Made by a program: the position numbers and the translations under genes. This document shows positions 61,255-64,000 of a DNA stretch of 64,000 nt, piece after piece. The notes under the pieces were generated by a model. The model saw only the letters and a program-made list of their open reading frames with translations. It was not told the DNA's origin and did no database searches. This DNA comes from Blasia pusilla (taxonomy: Eukaryota), in contig CM114271.1 in the NCBI GenBank assembly GCA_050084515.1, forward strand, positions 2,356,001-2,420,000, given 5' to 3'. The number at the start of each line of letters is the position of its first letter. Position 1 is the first letter of the stretch.

Positions 61255-64000
61255 ATGACAGGCGTCGGAGATTGTTGGGATTTGATGGCAGTGGGGAAGA
61301 ACGCGAGCAAGAGAGGCGCCATGGGATTGACCTTGATGATTTTGAAAACGATCGCGGTGATTACGATACTGACGCCTGTCGTAGCGATGCGCGACGGACT
61401 TCTGCAGACCACTCGGACGAGTTGCTTCCCAGCGATTATGAGCTTCGGGAGCTCTGTGGCAGACACTGGATCGGAATCCTTCATATCTCCATCAAGTTAC
61501 TCTGCCAAGAATTCTCCATATGGCATGACCTATTTTGGAAAACCTTCCAAGCGCTGGAGCGACGGGCGTCTCCATATTGATTTCTGGGGTATTTTAATCT
61601 GACTACAGTTGGATTTACTGGCAATAGATCGTATGGGTGGAATCGGAATTTTATGTCGCTTTCTATCAGCGGACGCGTTCATAGTCCTCACTAACAGGCA
61701 GTGTATGGAGCTCGGAAATGCTCTTACCGCGCAGGTGTCTTGGTCGCTGCGTAGTGATCATAATAAAAGTTTACAAAACGTCGCTGAGGGATAGAATTTC
61801 GTCGCTGCTGACGAGTACACAAACATGAATCCTGTAGCATCCAAGGGTCCGCTCCTACAGGATTCATGTTTGTGTACGTGTACTCATAATTGATGAAACT
61901 GTCACGTCGGTGCCGCAAAGTGTGGCTCGAACTGAAGCAATATCGAATTAAAAGAAACTTTGCTGCAGTGTCTGAAATGCCGATCGATTAAACTGAAGAT
62001 GGCAACATGAATTAGTTGGTGATCACGGTCAGCAATGTGGCGGTTGATCTGCGTAGTAGTATGCTTATGACAGATTTTGACTCGGTTCATGTACATGCTT
62101 TTACAGCGCTTGCACTTCAGCTACCATTACTGCGTCCAGTTCTTGGTAGCTTCCACTTCCAATATGCCAATGGAGCAAATTTTGCCGCATCGGGGTCAAC
62201 TGCTACGGTTGCTACTGTCGTATCTCCAATGTATCTTGCCGTCCAGATCGACCAATTCAAAGTATTCAAGCGTCAGAAAATGGCACTTTTTAGCCCAGAC
62301 AGACGAGAAGATGAGGGTAAGGCATTTGCAGCAGGGTGTCTTTCGAATCCAGTCGCTCCTAACCATTTGAGTTTCAACTTGCATAAATCTACATATATTT
62401 TTGGGCAAACCGAGTCCGTGGTTACCGTTTGTTGTACATCCGTCATACATCTCAATACCGAAATGCAGTAGAATTGTTACGTTGGCACCTGGATGACCCT
62501 CACACTCTCCGACCAAATAGTCGGAGGAGTGTGAGTTCTCTTCTTGAGTTGCTCTCAGAGATAATGTTGGTCAGGGGCACCTTGATCTACACTAGAAGAA
62601 TCTCTTTTTTAGTGTAGAAAAAGTAGTTTGTGTAATCTCAGCCATTCACGTGTGCAGGTTCTCCTAGTTCGATACCGGATCTAGACGCGTACTTCACAGA
62701 CAGTCTATATATCATAGCAATCGGTGGCAATGACTTCAACCGGTTTGCAAGCATGAACTTGACGGTTGAAGAGTTTGCGGGACGTGTACCGGAGATAAGC
62801 GACGCGATCGTACGAGGCGTAGAGGTGCGCATCTGCCCAGACTTACGATAGCAGGAGTTCTCGGATTTGTGCAGTCAAGCACGATGAGGATTTTGCCTCT
62901 CGATGGCACTCACGTGTCCAGTTGTATCGTAGCAATAATGCAGAACTTTGTTTTACTTGGTTTGTTCATGAGCAGAGCAACGTAATATCATCTGCACGTT
63001 TGTTCTTTCTTTTACTTTACCAGTGCTGAATCGTGAACCGCTGGGATTCGCAGGAACTCTACGCAGAAGGAGCAAGAAGAATTCTGGTTGAAGACGTGTA
63101 CCCGGCAGGTTGCCTCGGAAGCGTTGTGTTTTCCCCGGGAACCTTCAAAGATTCTATAGACTCTACAGGTTGTCTGACAACCATGAATGCTATGGTGCAA
63201 TTGCACAACGTTATTTTGAAAAAGAAGATCGCGGATCTGGCACAACGCCTCCCGGACGCCTCCATTTCAGTTGTCGAAACTTATAGCATACGATATGACA
63301 TGATGATGAACCCTCGGAAATATGGTACGTCTGGCTTTCTCAAAAACCTCTTACTTCGGAATCATCGTCACCGCATTCACTACTTTTGACAGAAGTCTCG
63401 TATTCTCGTTGATTCACGTTTCTCAGACAAGAGTACAACTCTGTGTTGTCTACTTTCAACTTTCAATTCTCGACATAACTTCTACGTAGCCGATTGAAGC
63501 TCCCCAAACTTTTCGTGAAATGAAACTCTCTTAGCCGGTTCACATGGAACCTCCCCACTTTCATAAAAAAGTTTTGGGAGACGGAGCAATCCGTTTGAGG
63601 GCGACATTGAGGCACTGCAGCACGGCAGCCCTCCGTAGCATCCGTTTGGACCGAGCCCGAACGGAAATAGCATATCCCGTCCGACATGCCTCCAAACGGA
63701 AGCGTATCGGCCTCTTGAAATTTTGTTGGTCCTAGAAATTCGTGACACGAATGACGTGATTCAGTCCACGACTCAGTCGTTTCCAGTCTAGAACTCCGTG
63801 TCAGTCTGGATGTGGCCCCTGTTGCAGGTTTCAAGGAAGGGATCCGGGTGTGCTGCGGATTCGGAGGAGGTCAATACAACTTTCAAAAGAACGTTATGTG
63901 CTCCCACAGCATCACCGTCGACGGTCAAGTGTTAACAGCCAAAGCCTGCGACAATGTTTCGGAGCACGTCGTTTGGGATGGCATTCACTACACAGATGCA
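61255..64000 (+). CDS. GDSL/SGNH esterase-lipase. Exons ~61255-61588, 62107-62316, 62658-62824, 63054-63324, 63828 to beyond 64000; start codon uncertain, 3' end outside the window
   Basis: Block I FGSSVADTG, PYGMTYFGKPSKRWSDGRL, GANFAASGS, block III IGGNDF, ELYAEGARR, CCGFGGGQYN, block V WDGIHYT; five-exon layout with GT-AG junctions in consistent phase. Confidence 0.93.

Overview
Eukaryotic DNA with spliceosomal introns, most likely from a bryophyte-grade land plant (inferred from gene and transposon types, not proven). Ordinary host genes sit at both edges: the 3' end of an NDPK3-like gene (+), a multi-exon KUP/HAK K+ transporter (-) and a GDSL esterase/lipase (+, runs off the window). Between them is a ~49 kb nested transposon island (11.5-60.8 kb) with three unusual features. 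(1) Four copies from two families of Ty3/Gypsy-type retrotransposon; three retain a C5-cytosine DNA methyltransferase (DNMT3/DRM-like) after the protease, and the two with a complete pol have it upstream of RT and end integrase with a PHD finger. (2) These elements lack ordinary paired LTRs and a tRNA primer site. They have split direct repeats (A ... PPT-B-A-B) with a CA-NN-TG internal junction and 4-bp TSDs, which suggests a non-canonical, possibly circular, intermediate. (3) A 7.1 kb inverted-repeat element whose arms each carry an intron-containing, bacterial-type beta-class N4C/N6A amino-methyltransferase-like gene, studded with a 27-bp palindromic repeat. Also present: a conventional Gypsy family with a shared tandem LTR, two solo LTRs with 5-bp TSDs and short Helitron-like elements. 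All transposon ORFs are degenerate. Splice sites, alignments and motifs were read by eye.
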